A stretch of 64,000 bases of DNA from Octopus sinensis (lineage: Eukaryota). The notes below the pieces were generated by a model. It saw nothing but the letters and a program-made list of their open reading frames with translations. It ran no database searches and was not told the DNA's origin. A program made the position numbers and the translations under genes. Shown here piece after piece: positions 25,274 through 38,640 of the stretch (position 1 is the first letter of the stretch; each line of letters begins with the position of its first letter). Where the stretch lies: the NCBI RefSeq assembly GCF_006345805.1, contig NC_043003.1, positions 4,340,001-4,404,000 of the forward strand, written 5' to 3'.

Positions 25274-25579
25274 GTTACTCATTTCATTGTCATCATCATC
25301 GTCTTTATTATGGCCGAAGAAATCGTGGGGCATGAACGTGATTTTCAGATGTTTCCACTTGCAGCGCATCAGAGCCTCCTTTCTTTTTGGCGACTTGTTT
25401 AAATTTTTTTGTTTTTGTCATTTTTCTCTTTACCACACCGTATTCCATCATAGTATGTTGTATTGTATACTTCTGTACTGCCCTCTAGTGTAAACTCTTT
25501 GAGGTTAATAATAAATTCATCAGCATCATTCTCCTCCTCCTCCTTCTTCTTCTTCTTCTTCTTCTTCTTATTCTTATTA

Positions 25580-25613
<34 letters not shown>

Positions 25614-25697
25614 ATCATCATCATCATCATCTCATCATCATCATCATCATCATCATCCTCATTCATCAATCATATATTATTATTATTATTATTATTA

Positions 25698-25755
<58 letters not shown>

Positions 25756-26036
25756 GTTGTTGTTATATACATACGTACATAAATACATGTATACATACGC
25801 ACACATGTTTCAGATTGTATGAATACTTTATGTATACATGTGTGCGCGCGCGTCGCGTGTATAGATATAGTGTTTGTAAAGGGACTAAATATTCATAAAT
25901 GTCAACGGAACACCTAGACGGAAAATATGTGAGAGCTTTTGGAGGTGGGTGTGAGAGGAATGTCGTAACCAAATCCAACTATCTTCTTTACATATGTCTA
26001 CACATATTCGTTCACTTCTTTTTCTCTTTCATTTAT

Positions 26037-26086
<50 letters not shown>

Positions 26087-26309
26087 TACATTCTCATATA
26101 CATACATATATATGTATGTGTGTGTCTTCGTGTGTGTCTATTTATGTATGTTTGTATGTACATATCTGTATAAGAAAAGGTATGATAAACACAAGATGCA
26201 GTTTATATTATTATGTTTTCCCTACATACGTTTCACCATAGTGGTAATTTTCATTTTTTGCGGTGGGTGTTCCATGTGCAGTTCCAAGCTGAACTATAGC
26301 AGTTCTATG

Positions 26310-26525
26310 AGTGCGTGTCTTTGTGCCTGTGGTTTGTCTTCTCCCACCGCTTCACAACCGGTGCTGGCGTCTACGTCCCCGTAACTTAGCGGTTCGGCGA
26401 AAGTATCCAATAGAATAAGTACAAGACATAAAACAAAAAAAAAAGTCTTGTGGTTGGTTTGTCCGACTAAAACCCGTTCAAGGCGATGCCCCAGCATGGC
26501 CGCATTCAAATGACTGAAACAAGTA
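26310..26525 (+). mobile_element. SINE family A, 3' half
   Basis: ACGTCCCCGTAACTTAGCGGTTCGGC...CAGCATGGCCGCATTCAAATGACTGAAAC. Confidence 0.9.
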
Positions 26526-26546
26526 AAGACAAAAGATGTATATACA

Positions 26547-26956
26547 GGAGTGACGCAGGAGTGGCGCAGGAGTGGCTGTGTGGTAAGTAGTTTGTTTACC
26601 AACCACATGGTTCCGAGTTCAGTCCCACTGCGTGGCACCTTGGGCAAGTGTCTTCTACTATAGCCTCGGGCCGACCGAAGCCTTGTGAGTGGATTTGGTA
26701 GACGGAAACTGAAAGAAGCCCGTCGTATATATGTATATATATGTGTGTATGTGTGTGTGTGTATGTTTGTGTGTTTGTCCCCCTAGCATTGCTTGACAAC
26801 CGATGCTGGTGTGTTTAATATCCCCGTTACTTAGCGGTTCGGCAAAAGAGACAGATATAATACGTACTGGGCTTACAAAGAATAAGTCCCGGGGTCGAGT
26901 TGCTCGACTAAAGGCGGTGCCCCAGCATGGCCGCAGTCAAATGACTGAAACAAGTC
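26547..26956 (+). mobile_element. SINE family A, full length, 21-bp TSD, inserted in the tail of the previous copy
   Basis: TSD AAGACAAAAGATGTATATACA at 26526-26546 and 26957-26977. Confidence 0.95.
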
Positions 26957-27496
26957 AAGACAAAAGATGTATATACATATTCGTACACATACAAACACAC
27001 CCATTTATATATATATCTTTTCATTTACTCATTGTTTGTTACAAATACAATATATTTCACCAGGGTGCTTTAAGATTTGAATTATATACGTCCTGGAATT
27101 TAATCCATCTCTTTTCTGACTCGAACCACCGTCTTCTGCCTTTCTTCACCCGCACCATCAACACCACCATCGCCACCAACATCGCCCCTGTCAGCGTAGC
27201 TACCTCCACCGTCATCCCTGCCAGCTTCGCAAGCTCTCCTCAATGAAGGCAACTTTAATGAGATGTAATTAGATAGGTTTTGTTATGGCACCACCCACTG
27301 GAGTTGAACAAAGCCCCGTCATTGTGTTGGCGTTGAGGCTCGGGTTTTTATCTGATTTCAGCTTGTTAAGTATATGGCGGTTAGTGAGACGAGATCGTAT
27401 TAACGTTGACATCAATCGCCAACGACAGCGACACAGTGAAAGTAAACTGCGTCAATTACACACACATCACACACAAAAACAAACTATATACATACA

Positions 27497-27542
<46 letters not shown>

Positions 27543-27550
27543 ATATATTA

Positions 27551-27599
<49 letters not shown>

Positions 27600-27894
27600 A
27601 TGTTTTACATATATACGTATGTGTTGGGTGGATGTACATTTGGGTGCGAAGACGGAGAATTAGTGGTATATTATATGTGTACTATAGTTTATAGTTTTCG
27701 TTCCATGCTGGTGAATCTTTCGGTCGGTACCCTTCCCTGAGACGAAAAGATGAACGTCGGTTTTTGGCTAGAGGTTATATACGTCCATCTATCTATCTAT
27801 TTATCGATCGATCAACCTATCTGCCAATCTGTCAGTGTTCATATATATTTATATATATATGGAAACTGATTTGACTGACAGACAGACACACACG

Positions 27895-27958
<64 letters not shown>

Positions 27959-27960
27959 CA

Positions 27961-27993
<33 letters not shown>

Positions 27994-28002
27994 GATATAT
28001 AT

Positions 28003-28047
<45 letters not shown>

Positions 28048-28532
28048 TACATACTACAGGATAGTCGGTATGCTTACGTACTGACATACATGTAATGGGC
28101 GTATGCATTTGTGCAGGCATGTGTGTTTCATATTGCGTGATCAAGAATTAAATAACAGAATACAATGGACGTGTTGTGGTGGTCAATGTAGAATATGTGG
28201 CATAACTAAGAAAATATTGCTGTTGTTGTTCTTGTTGTTATGTTTATGGAGTAAATAACTCGCTGGCTCTGATGCGTAGATGTTGAAAGTGTATGCATGA
28301 ATATATAAATATAATATATAAATATGAATGTGTTTAGGTCTGTTTTGATGTGAAGTTATTATTAAAGCTATTTTACATTTAACTGAAGGATTGCTCAATA
28401 TATTTTTTATTATACATTTATCATTAATTAAGAAGAATATGTTTGACAGTGACTTCGAAGTTTCGACCAGCTAAGCCATCATCGGTCACACCGAAACTTC
28501 CACTTAATACTCACCTCGTTAAAGAACAATAA

Positions 28533-28563
<31 letters not shown>

Positions 28564-28593
28564 TGTATTATGTATGTATGTATTATGTATGTA

Positions 28594-28992
28594 CTGGGTT
28601 ACATATTACCAGATGGAAAGGATCTTCCTTTGATGCTGACATGCAATGTCTGTGCAAGACCCTGCCTCAGTAAACCTGGACTCAAGAGTCATCTTCGTAG
28701 TCATAAAGCGAGATAGATGAGTGACAACCTGGTCACTGGTGGTGGTGTTACACACCATACTAATCATATCTGTCAGGCATGTGGAAGAGAGTGTAATTCG
28801 GCAGGATGACTTAAATGACATGCAAAGATACATGAAGCCCAGTTAAAACTACAGCCGGCTATTGCCGCTAAAGATTTTAGTTGCCAATTCTGTACAAGAC
28901 ATTGTAGATCTTTAGCTGGGCTAAAAAGTCACATTCGATCACAGCACCAATTACTGTGGATGTCTGATTCACAAACAAATATTTTGAAATAA
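28594..28992 (+). pseudogene. Three C2H2 zinc fingers with in-frame stops; probably the C-terminus of an RTE-type LINE ORF
   Basis: CNVCARPCLSKPGLKSHLRSH, CQACGRECNSAG*LK*HAKIH and CQFCTRHCRSLAGLKSHIRSQH; C-x-S-x-x-G-L-x-S-H pattern, long linkers, no TGEKP. Confidence 0.7.
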
Positions 28993-29486
28993 GTGAACTG
29001 CGTTTAGTGGCTCAAGACTGTTAGTTTCCGAAGAAATACTGGAATGAGTGAAAGCAGATATTCTTAACTGAAACAATAACATTCTGCACTATAAATATTA
29101 CTATTTTACTTACTATTATAACTCGTGTTGAGTTCTTGTATTTTTGTTCTTCGTCTTTGAAAATTTGTCGATGTAAACACATACAATCAACACCAAACCA
29201 GTGTGTACACATATACAGATATACAGACTTACATATGTACATTTGATTATATATTTGTACATAAGAATATCCACACACACACATACATATATAAGCATGT
29301 GTATTCATACATGCACACACGCACGCACACACATGCATATTATATAAAGGTATACATACTCATGGACATTGTCAGAGAGCATAGGTAGTGACTGTGTACT
29401 TCAATAGATACGCAACTGGAGCACTCAAAGACGCTCACCTTAACGCTTCAGCCTGTGCCCCACAGATGTGAATGTCTCCTCTCTCT

Positions 29487-29714
29487 GCGGCGAGCTGGCA
29501 GAAACGTTAGCACGCCGGGCGAAATGCGTAGCCGTATTTTGTCTGCCGTTACGTTCTGAGTTCAAATTCTGCCGAGGTCGACTTTGCCTTTCATCCTTTC
29601 GGGGTCGATAAATTAAGTACCAGTTACGCACTGGGGTCGATGTAATCGACTTAATTCGTTTGTCTGTCCTTGTTTGTCCCCTCTATGTTTAGCCCCTTGT
29701 GGGTAATAAAGAAA
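29487..29714 (+). mobile_element. SINE family B, full length
   Basis: Complete match to the family. Confidence 0.95.
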
Positions 29715-30059
29715 CATATATATATTTACTACCAGGTTTCGTTGCGTCTTTGAGTGGCGTTGACCGCCTCGTTTCACCACCTCTCAAGCAACCCTCACTA
29801 ACTCTCCTTTCCTCTCTCTCATCATCCATATTATTTCCTGTCCATAAATATCTTATTAACCACTACTAAGGACGATATCAACCACGTCGACCTCAGCAAT
29901 CTCATGTGAACCGCTAAGTTTATGGGCCCGTACTTTTGCTTAAGATCAGACACATAGAAAAGAACAAAAAAATTGTAAGCTATTTCTGCCGTCCATGGCC
30001 ATCATGTCTTTGCAAATATACTTTACTCCTTCCCCCATTTTGTGATATATTCTTACTCT

Positions 30060-30545
30060 TTTTAAAGACCCAATGCTGAAATTTGAAATCGATTTGGTTG
30101 CTATTTCTAGGCAGTTGTGTGAGCTCACGGAAGATCTCTCGATGTTTGTTGCTCAACCGTAGCAGTTTGAACCAATGGAAAGCGTTCCAGATGTGACTAT
30201 TCGTACTTTTGTATATGAAAAACTACATGGACGTATACGTGATCGTTTCACATTTTCAAGACAGTAGGAAGTGATTTGGTGGAAATTTGGCTGCTCTTTC
30301 AAGCAAATGACATGACCGTGTAGATGCCTCATATATTTCATGCACTCCAGCGTGAAGTTGGTGGTGGGTGTAGTCAAGCATCCAGAATATTCGGTCATTC
30401 TATGCCACAGCCGTTGACTCCTCTTTTCTTTATTATAGCTTTTCGTTATACGATCTTCAACACTCAAATTCACAACACCTGTCACCAAATAACCACCAGC
30501 CTTCTACCAGGTCACACAACATGCTAGAAATAGCAGCTATGTCTA
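30060..30545. repeat. Old SINE-like family C fragments (GCTGCTATTTCTAGC motif)
   Basis: Motif at about 30098, 30287 and 30525 (reversed); also near 2045, 17550, 49570, 56710 and 57297. Confidence 0.55.
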
Positions 30546-30631
30546 CCATGATTCAGCTCCTGCTGGATGTAAAGCACATAGAATAATATAAACCAAGCTA
30601 CTTGAAAAAAAAAACATTCGATGGACATATA

Positions 30632-30787
30632 GGCGTGGCTGTGTGGTAAGAAGCTTGCTTCCCAAGCATATGGTCCCGAGCTCAGTCCCACTGAGTGGCA
30701 CCTTCAGCAAGTGTCTTCTACTATAGCCTCGGGGAAACCAAAGCCTTGTGAGTGGATTTTATGAGCAGAAACTGAAAGAAGCCTGCC

Positions 30788-30830
<43 letters not shown>

Positions 30831-31040
30831 TGAGTGTTCTGTGTTTGATTCGAACACCACTTGAAAACTGGTGTTGGTGTGTTTACGTTCCTGTAACTTA
30901 GCGGTTCAGGAAAAAGGGACCGATAAAATAAATAGCAGGCTTTAACAAATAAGCATTGGTGTCTATTCGTTCAACTAAAAATCTAAGGCGGTGCCCTCCA
31001 GTATGGCCGCAGTCTAATGATGACTGAAACAACTAAAAGA
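30632..31040 (+). mobile_element. SINE family A, diverged full length
   Basis: GGCGTGGCTGTGTGGTAAG to ATGACTGAAACAACTAAAAGA. Confidence 0.9.
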
Positions 31041-31347
31041 TGGACATGGCTAAAATTTCTTTAAATACATGTTCCAGTCAGGGCTGACCTAGGGTTAAAC
31101 AAAATGACTAAGAACAGCAAAAACAACAACAACAATACCAGAAGCAATGACAACAACAACAATGATTATCATTGCACCTGTCATCAGGTGATCGATCGAA
31201 CTCATAAACTGCAGACACCATATTTCAGGTCAATATCTGTCTCTCTATTTCTCTCCCTCTCTCTCTCGTTCCGCCTCTCTTCCCTGTGCGTACACACACA
31301 CACACACACACATATGTGTTATATATATACATATATATATATATAGT

Positions 31348-31563
31348 CGCCATGATAGATCGGTAGGCATTACACACATTTTTTTCTCCTTGTTTCTCTC
31401 CTTGTTTTGTTCTCTCCTTGTTTTTTTTCTGTGTCCCTTTCTGTAGAAGTGCGTAGGCTCGAAACGTAAAAGACTTTTTCTATTCCTGAGCGTTATACTA
31501 ATACACCTGTTTGTTTTCTACACCACATGTCTTCGTTTTTTGTTTTTTTCGTGAACTCTCCCC
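31348..31563 (+). mobile_element. Penelope-like terminal fragment, U6 hammerhead subfamily
   Basis: CTTTCTGTAGAAGTGCGTAGGCTCGAAACGTAAAAG at 31437-31472; flanked by (TA)n. Confidence 0.75.
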
Positions 31564-31565
31564 AT

Positions 31566-31633
<68 letters not shown>

Positions 31634-31680
31634 CACACACATACATACATACATATAGATAGATAGATAGATAAATAAAA

Positions 31681-32180
31681 CTTACTTGGAAATGGATGCG
31701 TGGCGTTCGATCACATAATAATAAAATAATCTATAAATATACGCATATATACATACATATATGTACATATCTACATATATATGTATACATACTTGCATAT
31801 ATGTGTACAGGACATCAAAAGAACGTAGACAAAATGAGTAACGAGAACATAAAAAACGAAAACATAGAAAACGAAATTTTTTTTCGAACAACAAAAGAAA
31901 GAAACAAACAGAGAAACGAGACAGGCAACATAAAAGAACATTCCCTTCATCAGTTGTCCCCTGTTTTATCTACTCCACGTTCCGAAGTTAGGGACAAGAC
32001 GCGACTTCGTTAAAACAGTCCTTCCCGCAAAGCAAATTAAATTTGGGATTTTTTGCGGATGGTTAGAGTGGCAACAAAAACAGGAATGAAACAGTAAAAA
32101 CAAACGGTGAGGGTCGTTAAGCCAAGACGAGGTGAAGTAGCGAACGCTGGATAAACGAGCTTTGAGAAGAGATAGGTAAA
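31681..32180. repeat. Dispersed repeat of about 500 bp, possibly Penelope-derived
   Basis: Colinear homologue at about 51770-52300 (CTTACTT.GAAATGGATGCGTG...CTTCCCGC.AAGCAAATTAAA). Confidence 0.7.
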
Positions 32181-32785
32181 AGCGCGTCTTGTCTTTTGGA
32201 TAAATTGAAATAATAAAATGCATTAAATAGTATTGCCGTTCTTTTTTTCTCACCACAAAATTATTTATAATTGAATTTATAAAGTTCCTTGTATTTAATG
32301 CTAACTCATGTTCTGTCTCTTTAGTTCAGGCTATCTCTTTGTGTCTATTAAAATGTATTTCTGTGTCGGTCGGATATTTCGGTCGTCTGTCTCACAACAT
32401 AATTATTTAGAATAAAAATTTTAATGTTGCCAACAATTTTACACGTTAACACAAACTTAATTCTTAGTCTGTCTGTTTGTCTGACGGCCATTTTGTCTGA
32501 CTGACTGTTTATCTGTCCGTTTATCCGCCTGTCCGTTTGTCAGTCTTTCTGGTTATCTATCTCACGACATGTTTGTTTTATAGATTCTTTATGCCTCCAA
32601 TATTTCAATCCTAGAATATGTCAACTCTAACCGAATTCTCTGTCTCTTTGTCCGCCTCTCAACCTGTCTTTGTCCGTTTGTCTGTCTATCCAACTACCCT
32701 TCTGCTTCCTCCATTTTCATGCTACCAAATTAAGATTTCTACCTTTATTTTTCATGTCCTCTGTACAATGTATTTTCTATCATTT

Positions 32786-33066
32786 CCTCTTTTTCAGGAA
32801 TTTGGCTGCAGTCATGCTGGAGCACCAACTCAAAACATTTAGTCGAAATAATTCCTACCAGTACTTATTTCCAGCAGTATGACGCTTACTCCATCCATCT
32901 CCTTTGACGAACAGCTAAGTTACGGGGACGTACACAAATTAAGACTTGTTCACAGACACACATCGGTATATACATACATACACGCACGCACGCACACACA
33001 CACACAGACACACACACACTTGCACACATATATATATATATATACAAATATATACATATGTGTGTG

Positions 33067-33115
<49 letters not shown>

Positions 33116-33267
33116 GGCTTCCGCCGTCAATCAAATTCACTCACAAGGATTCGGTTCGCCCCGGGGTTATGGTAGAAGACAATTGCCCAAGGTGCCACAC
33201 AGTGAGACTGAACCTGGAACCATGAGGTAAGGAAACAATTGTCTTACTACACAGCCACGCCTTCACC
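32786..33267 (-). mobile_element. SINE family A, diverged full length
   Basis: Colinear match with an expanded internal CA/TG array. Confidence 0.85.
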
Positions 33268-33629
33268 TATGTCAACGCTAACATATTCATCTCCCTAACT
33301 GTCTGTCTATTTCTTATCGTGTTTGTCACTCACTCACTCACTCTCCCTCACTCTGTCTCTCTCAGAATCTCACAATCTCTCCTTCCCTCTTTCTCTCTTT
33401 TCCCCCCTCTCTCTGCTGGTCTCTCCATCTCATTATTATTTATACTTCCTGAATATGTTAACACTAACTTACCCATTGTAAACAGACGTTAATAGACCGA
33501 CGCAGGCATCAACGCACAGCGATAAACACTGCCGTGAAGATAATAGACTCACATGGAAGATCGATGAATGTTGTTGTTAAGTGGTCGATTATTGACCAAT
33601 ATGAACATTATGAATACTACTCTAACTGA

Positions 33630-33687
33630 TCGATGATGCACACACACAAACACACACATATGTATGTATGTGTATATATATATATAT

Positions 33688-33745
<58 letters not shown>

Positions 33746-33768
33746 CATATATATGTATATGTATGTAT

Positions 33769-33802
<34 letters not shown>

Positions 33803-34432
33803 GTATATATATATATATATATTTACATATATATAACATATATATAATAATATATATGGTATGTATGTATTATACACACATACATATATGTATATATGTA
33901 TATATATGTATAAACATGTATATATATATATATATGTATGTATGTATATATATATGTATGTATATATATATGTGTGTGTGTATTTATAACACATATATAT
34001 ATATATATATAGGCGAAAACGCGGCTGTGTTGTATGAAGCCTGCTTTACAGTCACATGGTTCTGGGTTCAGTCCCACTGCGTGACACCATGGGTAAGTGT
34101 CTTCCCCTATTGTCATGTGCCAAAACTGAAAGATGACAATAGTGCAAAGGTGTGTTTGTGTGTCTGCGTGCGCACACACGCACACGCGGATGCATGATAG
34201 TTTCTGTTATTGTCTCCCACCCCCATTTGGCAACCGCTGTTGGTTTCCTTACGTCCTCGTAACGAAGCTGCTCGGCCAAATACACCAATAGATTAAGTAA
34301 CCAGGCTTTAAAAGGAAGTAAGTACTGATTTCGGTTCATTCGATTAATGATTCCTCAAGCCAGTGCTCCAGCCTGACCGCAGGCTAATGACTGGAAAACA
34401 CTGAAACGAAAGAATACAGAAATATATGTGTC

Positions 34433-34473
<41 letters not shown>

Positions 34474-34637
34474 ATTTATATATATATATATACACACATA
34501 TATATATATATATATATAATTTTTATATATAACATATATATATAAATATATATATGTTATATATATATATAAATATATACATACATGCATATATATATTA
34601 TATATATATATATAGATATATATACATATATACATAA

Positions 34638-34683
<46 letters not shown>

Positions 34684-34765
34684 CATATATACAAAAATAT
34701 ATATATTTTTATATATACATTATATTATATATATATATATATAATATATATATATATATGATATA
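33630..34765. repeat. Long degenerate (TA)n arrays flanking a SINE
   Basis: Arrays at about 33630-34010 and 34430-34765. Confidence 0.95.
34011..34415 (+). mobile_element. SINE family A, diverged
   Basis: GGCTGTGTTG...GGGTTCAGTCCCACTGCG...CCAGTGCTCCAGC. Confidence 0.8.
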
Positions 34766-34949
34766 CAGATGAGATAGGGGTTGTAAATGCAACCCTCCAT
34801 GGGATAACATATCCAATATACTGCTAGTGAAGTACCCAACAAAGTTAATACATAAATGTTAAGGATTGCGATGCAATCAATTCATTTACTGTATTATATG
34901 GGCAAAGGTAAAATGATTTACCACAAATTACTAATACATTTTCTTATCT

Positions 34950-34998
<49 letters not shown>

Positions 34999-35248
34999 AT
35001 ATGGGTACATGACGTCACCAACGGTGCAAATAGCATGAAATACGTAAACAAACGAGGGAAAACGAGGGAAATGCGTACATAACGAGAAAAATGGAAAGGA
35101 GGACAACATATATATTCACGCACCTATGTGTGTGTTTCTGTGTATTGGGAATACTTTTATGAGTGATCAATAATAGATCTATATCGGTATCAATATAAAT
35201 GTGAAATTAGAAAGATAGAAAGACACGCATTCTTATTCAAAGCTTATA

Positions 35249-35685
35249 GGCGCAGGAGTGGCTGTGTGGTAAGTAGCTTGCTAACCAACCACATGGTTCT
35301 GGGTCCAGTCCCGCTGTGTGGCATCTTGGGCACGTGTCTTCTGCTATAGACCCGGGCCGACCAAAGCCTTGTGAGTGGATTTGGTAGATGGAAACTGAAA
35401 GAAGCCTGTCGTATATATTTTTATATATATGTATATATATATATATGTATGTGTGTGTATGTGTTTGTGTGTCTGTGTTTGTCCCCCTAGCATTGCTTGA
35501 CAACCGATGCTGGTGTGTTTACGTCCCCGTCACTTAGCGGTTCGGCAAAACAGACCGATAGAATAAGTACTGGGCTTACAAAGAATAAGTCCCGGGGTCG
35601 ATTTGCTCGACTAAAGGCGGTGCTCCAGCATGGCCGCAGTCAAATGACTGAAACAAGTAATAGAGTAAAAGAGTAAAAGAGTAAA
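35249..35685 (+). mobile_element. SINE family A, full length and young
   Basis: Intact A-box and B-box; tail (AAGAGTA)n. Confidence 0.95.
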
Positions 35686-36416
35686 GCTGAGTCGATCGTC
35701 TTTGCACGCGTCGCTACTCGGAGTTTCTTCTTTACGGTCTTTTGCTGACTGACACACATTTCGTCGTTGAAACTTCCTTATAGGCATTGAAATAGCTCAA
35801 TACAAATGGCACACCGAGCAGGTGGAATAGGAAAGTCCCATTTGGTGGGAAAATACAGGCTGCGCTCGTGTGACCTTGGGAAAAGGGCGGGAAAATGAGG
35901 ATATAGATCTTGGTTAAGTGTATCGAATTTTTCTAAAGGTTTATGTGGATTCTAAAATGATTTTAGTTACGTAGGGGCGATTTTATGCGGAGCCTTTGTT
36001 TTCGACCTGTCTTCGATTTAATTATGGTGACTAGTTTTAGCGAATAGAATTTTCTGGCTGGTGATTATTAATATAGGAAATACTGTTTTTTATGGGCGGC
36101 GTTAAATAGAGTAATTATTGTGTGGGTAAACATTGGGTTGTTTGTTTGTGGCCTACACACTGAGAGAGAGAGACAGACAGACAGACACACAATATGAATA
36201 CATATTCATATGCATAAAGGCATGCGTATATACATTTGTAAATATACAAACCCATGTGGGCACAATATATACACATACATACATATGGAAGAATATATAT
36301 ATATATATACACGCACGCACACATAGATATATACGTATGTGTGCGTGTGTGTACGTATGTATATATGTATGAATCAAACTCGTTTTAAAAGTAATACTAC
36401 TACTACTACTACTACT

Positions 36417-36489
<73 letters not shown>

Positions 36490-36496
36490 TAATAAT

Positions 36497-36740
36497 TCTA
36501 TCATAGTAGGTGCATTAGGATTGATAAAAAAATATTCAGACAAATACATAACAAAAACACCAGGACTTACAAACACATATAACATACAGAAAATTGCACT
36601 ACTAGGCACTGCACACATCCTACGCAGAACATTTTCCATACAATAACCATCAGAGCATCACAACAAATCACAGCACATACCCAAGGCACACAGAGCTGTG
36701 CTCGGTAGTGAAGTGAAAGCACGCTATAAAAATAAAACTA

Positions 36741-36742
<2 letters not shown>
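36497..36742 (+). mobile_element. 3' end of a second R4/Dong-like LINE lineage, embedded in (AAT)n
   Basis: IIVGALGLIKKYSDKYITKTPGLTNTYNIQKIALLGTAHILRRTFSIQ*; (AAT)n on both sides. Confidence 0.8.
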
Positions 36743-36834
<92 letters not shown>

Positions 36835-36859
36835 TTAGTAATGATTTCATTTATTTGCC

Positions 36860-37480
36860 ACTTCTCCGCCACTAATCCTGTATAAATTTCTAAAGCGGAA
36901 CATCCTCCGATCCCATTGCCCGACTGGTAGAGGGGTGTTAGCGCCTGACGACATTCTAGGTGCCAGGTCTTTTCTTCCCCAGGACTACAGCTCTGTCAAG
37001 GAGACGAGCTGCGGAAAGACGGACCTCACAAATGGAGCACACACGCTCACCGTCCAGAAATCATTGCGGATGGCGCAACCTAAGAGCGTGTCCGCTCTCT
37101 AGGACCCATGGCATACCTAATCCGCTACCCAGAGGATGATGGCAACAGACCGACCGCCTGACCATTGGAACGCGTCTCTTCCACAAGAATTTAAATAAGA
37201 GATACTCCAGCCTGGTCAAGCAGAAACCGTGACAAGTTACGACGGCCAGGCGATAAACGGAAGCGATGTAAGCATTTCTGCCCGACCTCTCAGTCCATTT
37301 CTGGGTAAGACTGACCGCCCTTTTCGCCACCTCATCCCAGTTCTTATCAGCCTGGAGGTCGGGATGAAAGCAGACCCCGAGAAGTTTAACTGGTCCGTTG
37401 GTCTAGCGTGCGACGACGCCGTCCGATGGTATCGTCCTGCCTCTCCAGGAGTTCAACTGCAAAACCCACCGATTTGTCGG
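36860..37480 (-). mobile_element. Tx1/L1-clade LINE RT C-terminal fragment
   Basis: GPVKLLG..FG.DLQADKNWDEVAKRAVSLTQKW...YLLFKFLWKRRVPMVRRSVCCHHPLGSGLGMP. Confidence 0.75.
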
Positions 37481-37482
37481 CA

Positions 37483-38520
37483 TTATTATTCATATACGCA
37501 CAACAGATTAGACTGTTGGATAAGAAAACATCCTAACATCGGGCTACAAGTAACCTCTAATGCCAAGTAACCTTTAATGCTAAGTATCCCAGCTTTAATG
37601 CCAAGTAACCTTTAATGCTAAGTATCCCAGCTGTCCCTAATAACACTGTTCTCTGCAGCTGTACTAAACTGGGTTTATGCCTATTTACTCTATCCATCTT
37701 TAGAAGTAGATTTCAATGCACCTATAGCAACTGGGATACATTTTACCCGCACTTTCCATAGTCTCTGCAGTTCAATGGCTAGGTCCTAGTACTTTGCAAT
37801 TTTTTTCTATACTTCACATATGAATCTTTTCATCTTTGGGACTGTAAAGGCAATTATCTGACACTCTCTATTCTCAATTATCTAGCACTATTCTATTCTC
37901 CCACAACATCTAATATTTCTTTAAAACTTTCTAGTTCTTTACTTGGTTCATTTTCACACCATTTATTAGTATGTCCAAGTCCTAGCTTTCTACATAGCTC
38001 CCAGTGGATTGCTCTCCCTAGATTGTCATGTTTTTTCTTGTATCCTTTCTCCACTATCATGATACATTCACTTACTATATGAGTAATGCTTCCCTCTTTT
38101 GATTTGCATAATCTACATTGGCAATCTACTTGGCTTTTATCCAATTAGTCCTTAATGAATGGTCATGTGCAGCTACTACCAAATGTCTCCTCTCCTTCAG
38201 CTTTCCTTTCTACAACTATAACCATACCTCACTACTACTATTTCATGCAACTATCTTTGGGAATCTACCAACGCCTTCTCCTGCCAGTCACATAATTTCT
38301 ATTCTTTTTTCTGGTTCTTAATTTCTTTTGGTTTTTCGTTTACCTACGTCTTGCTGTGACTCTAGCAGCTCTTAAGAAACCTAATTCACTATTACCTACA
38401 CAGGGGTTTATATCTATTCCGGCTAACTCCACGCAGTCTTTTAATGATATTAACCCTCTTCCGTTTTCTTTTCGAGGTAGGTATAATCTTGCTACTCCTG
38501 CCCTCAGGTGGAGTCTTCCA
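37483..38520 (-). mobile_element. R4/Dong-type LINE, same family as 21440-22957, 5'-truncated
   Basis: LHLRAGVARLYLPRKENGRGLISLKDCVELA; CRLCKSKEGSITHIVSEC...KHDNLGRAIHWELC; same 3' UTR (GTAGCCCGATGTTAGGAT...CCAACAGTCTAATCTG) with a short AAT tail. Confidence 0.9.
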
Positions 38521-38524
38521 TTCA

Positions 38525-38640
38525 TATCCTTGTAACTTAGAGGTTCGGCAAAAAAGACTAATAGAATAAGTAATTTACTTATTGAAGACGGTGCCCCAGT
38601 AGGGCCGCAGTTCAATGACTGAAATAAGTAAAAGATAAAA
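38525..38640 (+). mobile_element. SINE family A tail fragment
   Basis: TAACTTAGAGGTTCGGCAAAA...GGCCGCAGTTCAATGACTGAAA. Confidence 0.85.

Noticed and set aside
27060-27240. Minus-strand transmembrane-like peptide followed by KKGRRR
   Set aside because: It derives from a degenerate (GGT/GAT)n-like tract, with a stop immediately upstream and only a weak acceptor
35249-35330. tRNA genes at SINE heads
   Set aside because: A- and B-boxes are present, but there is no complete cloverleaf and each continues into a SINE body
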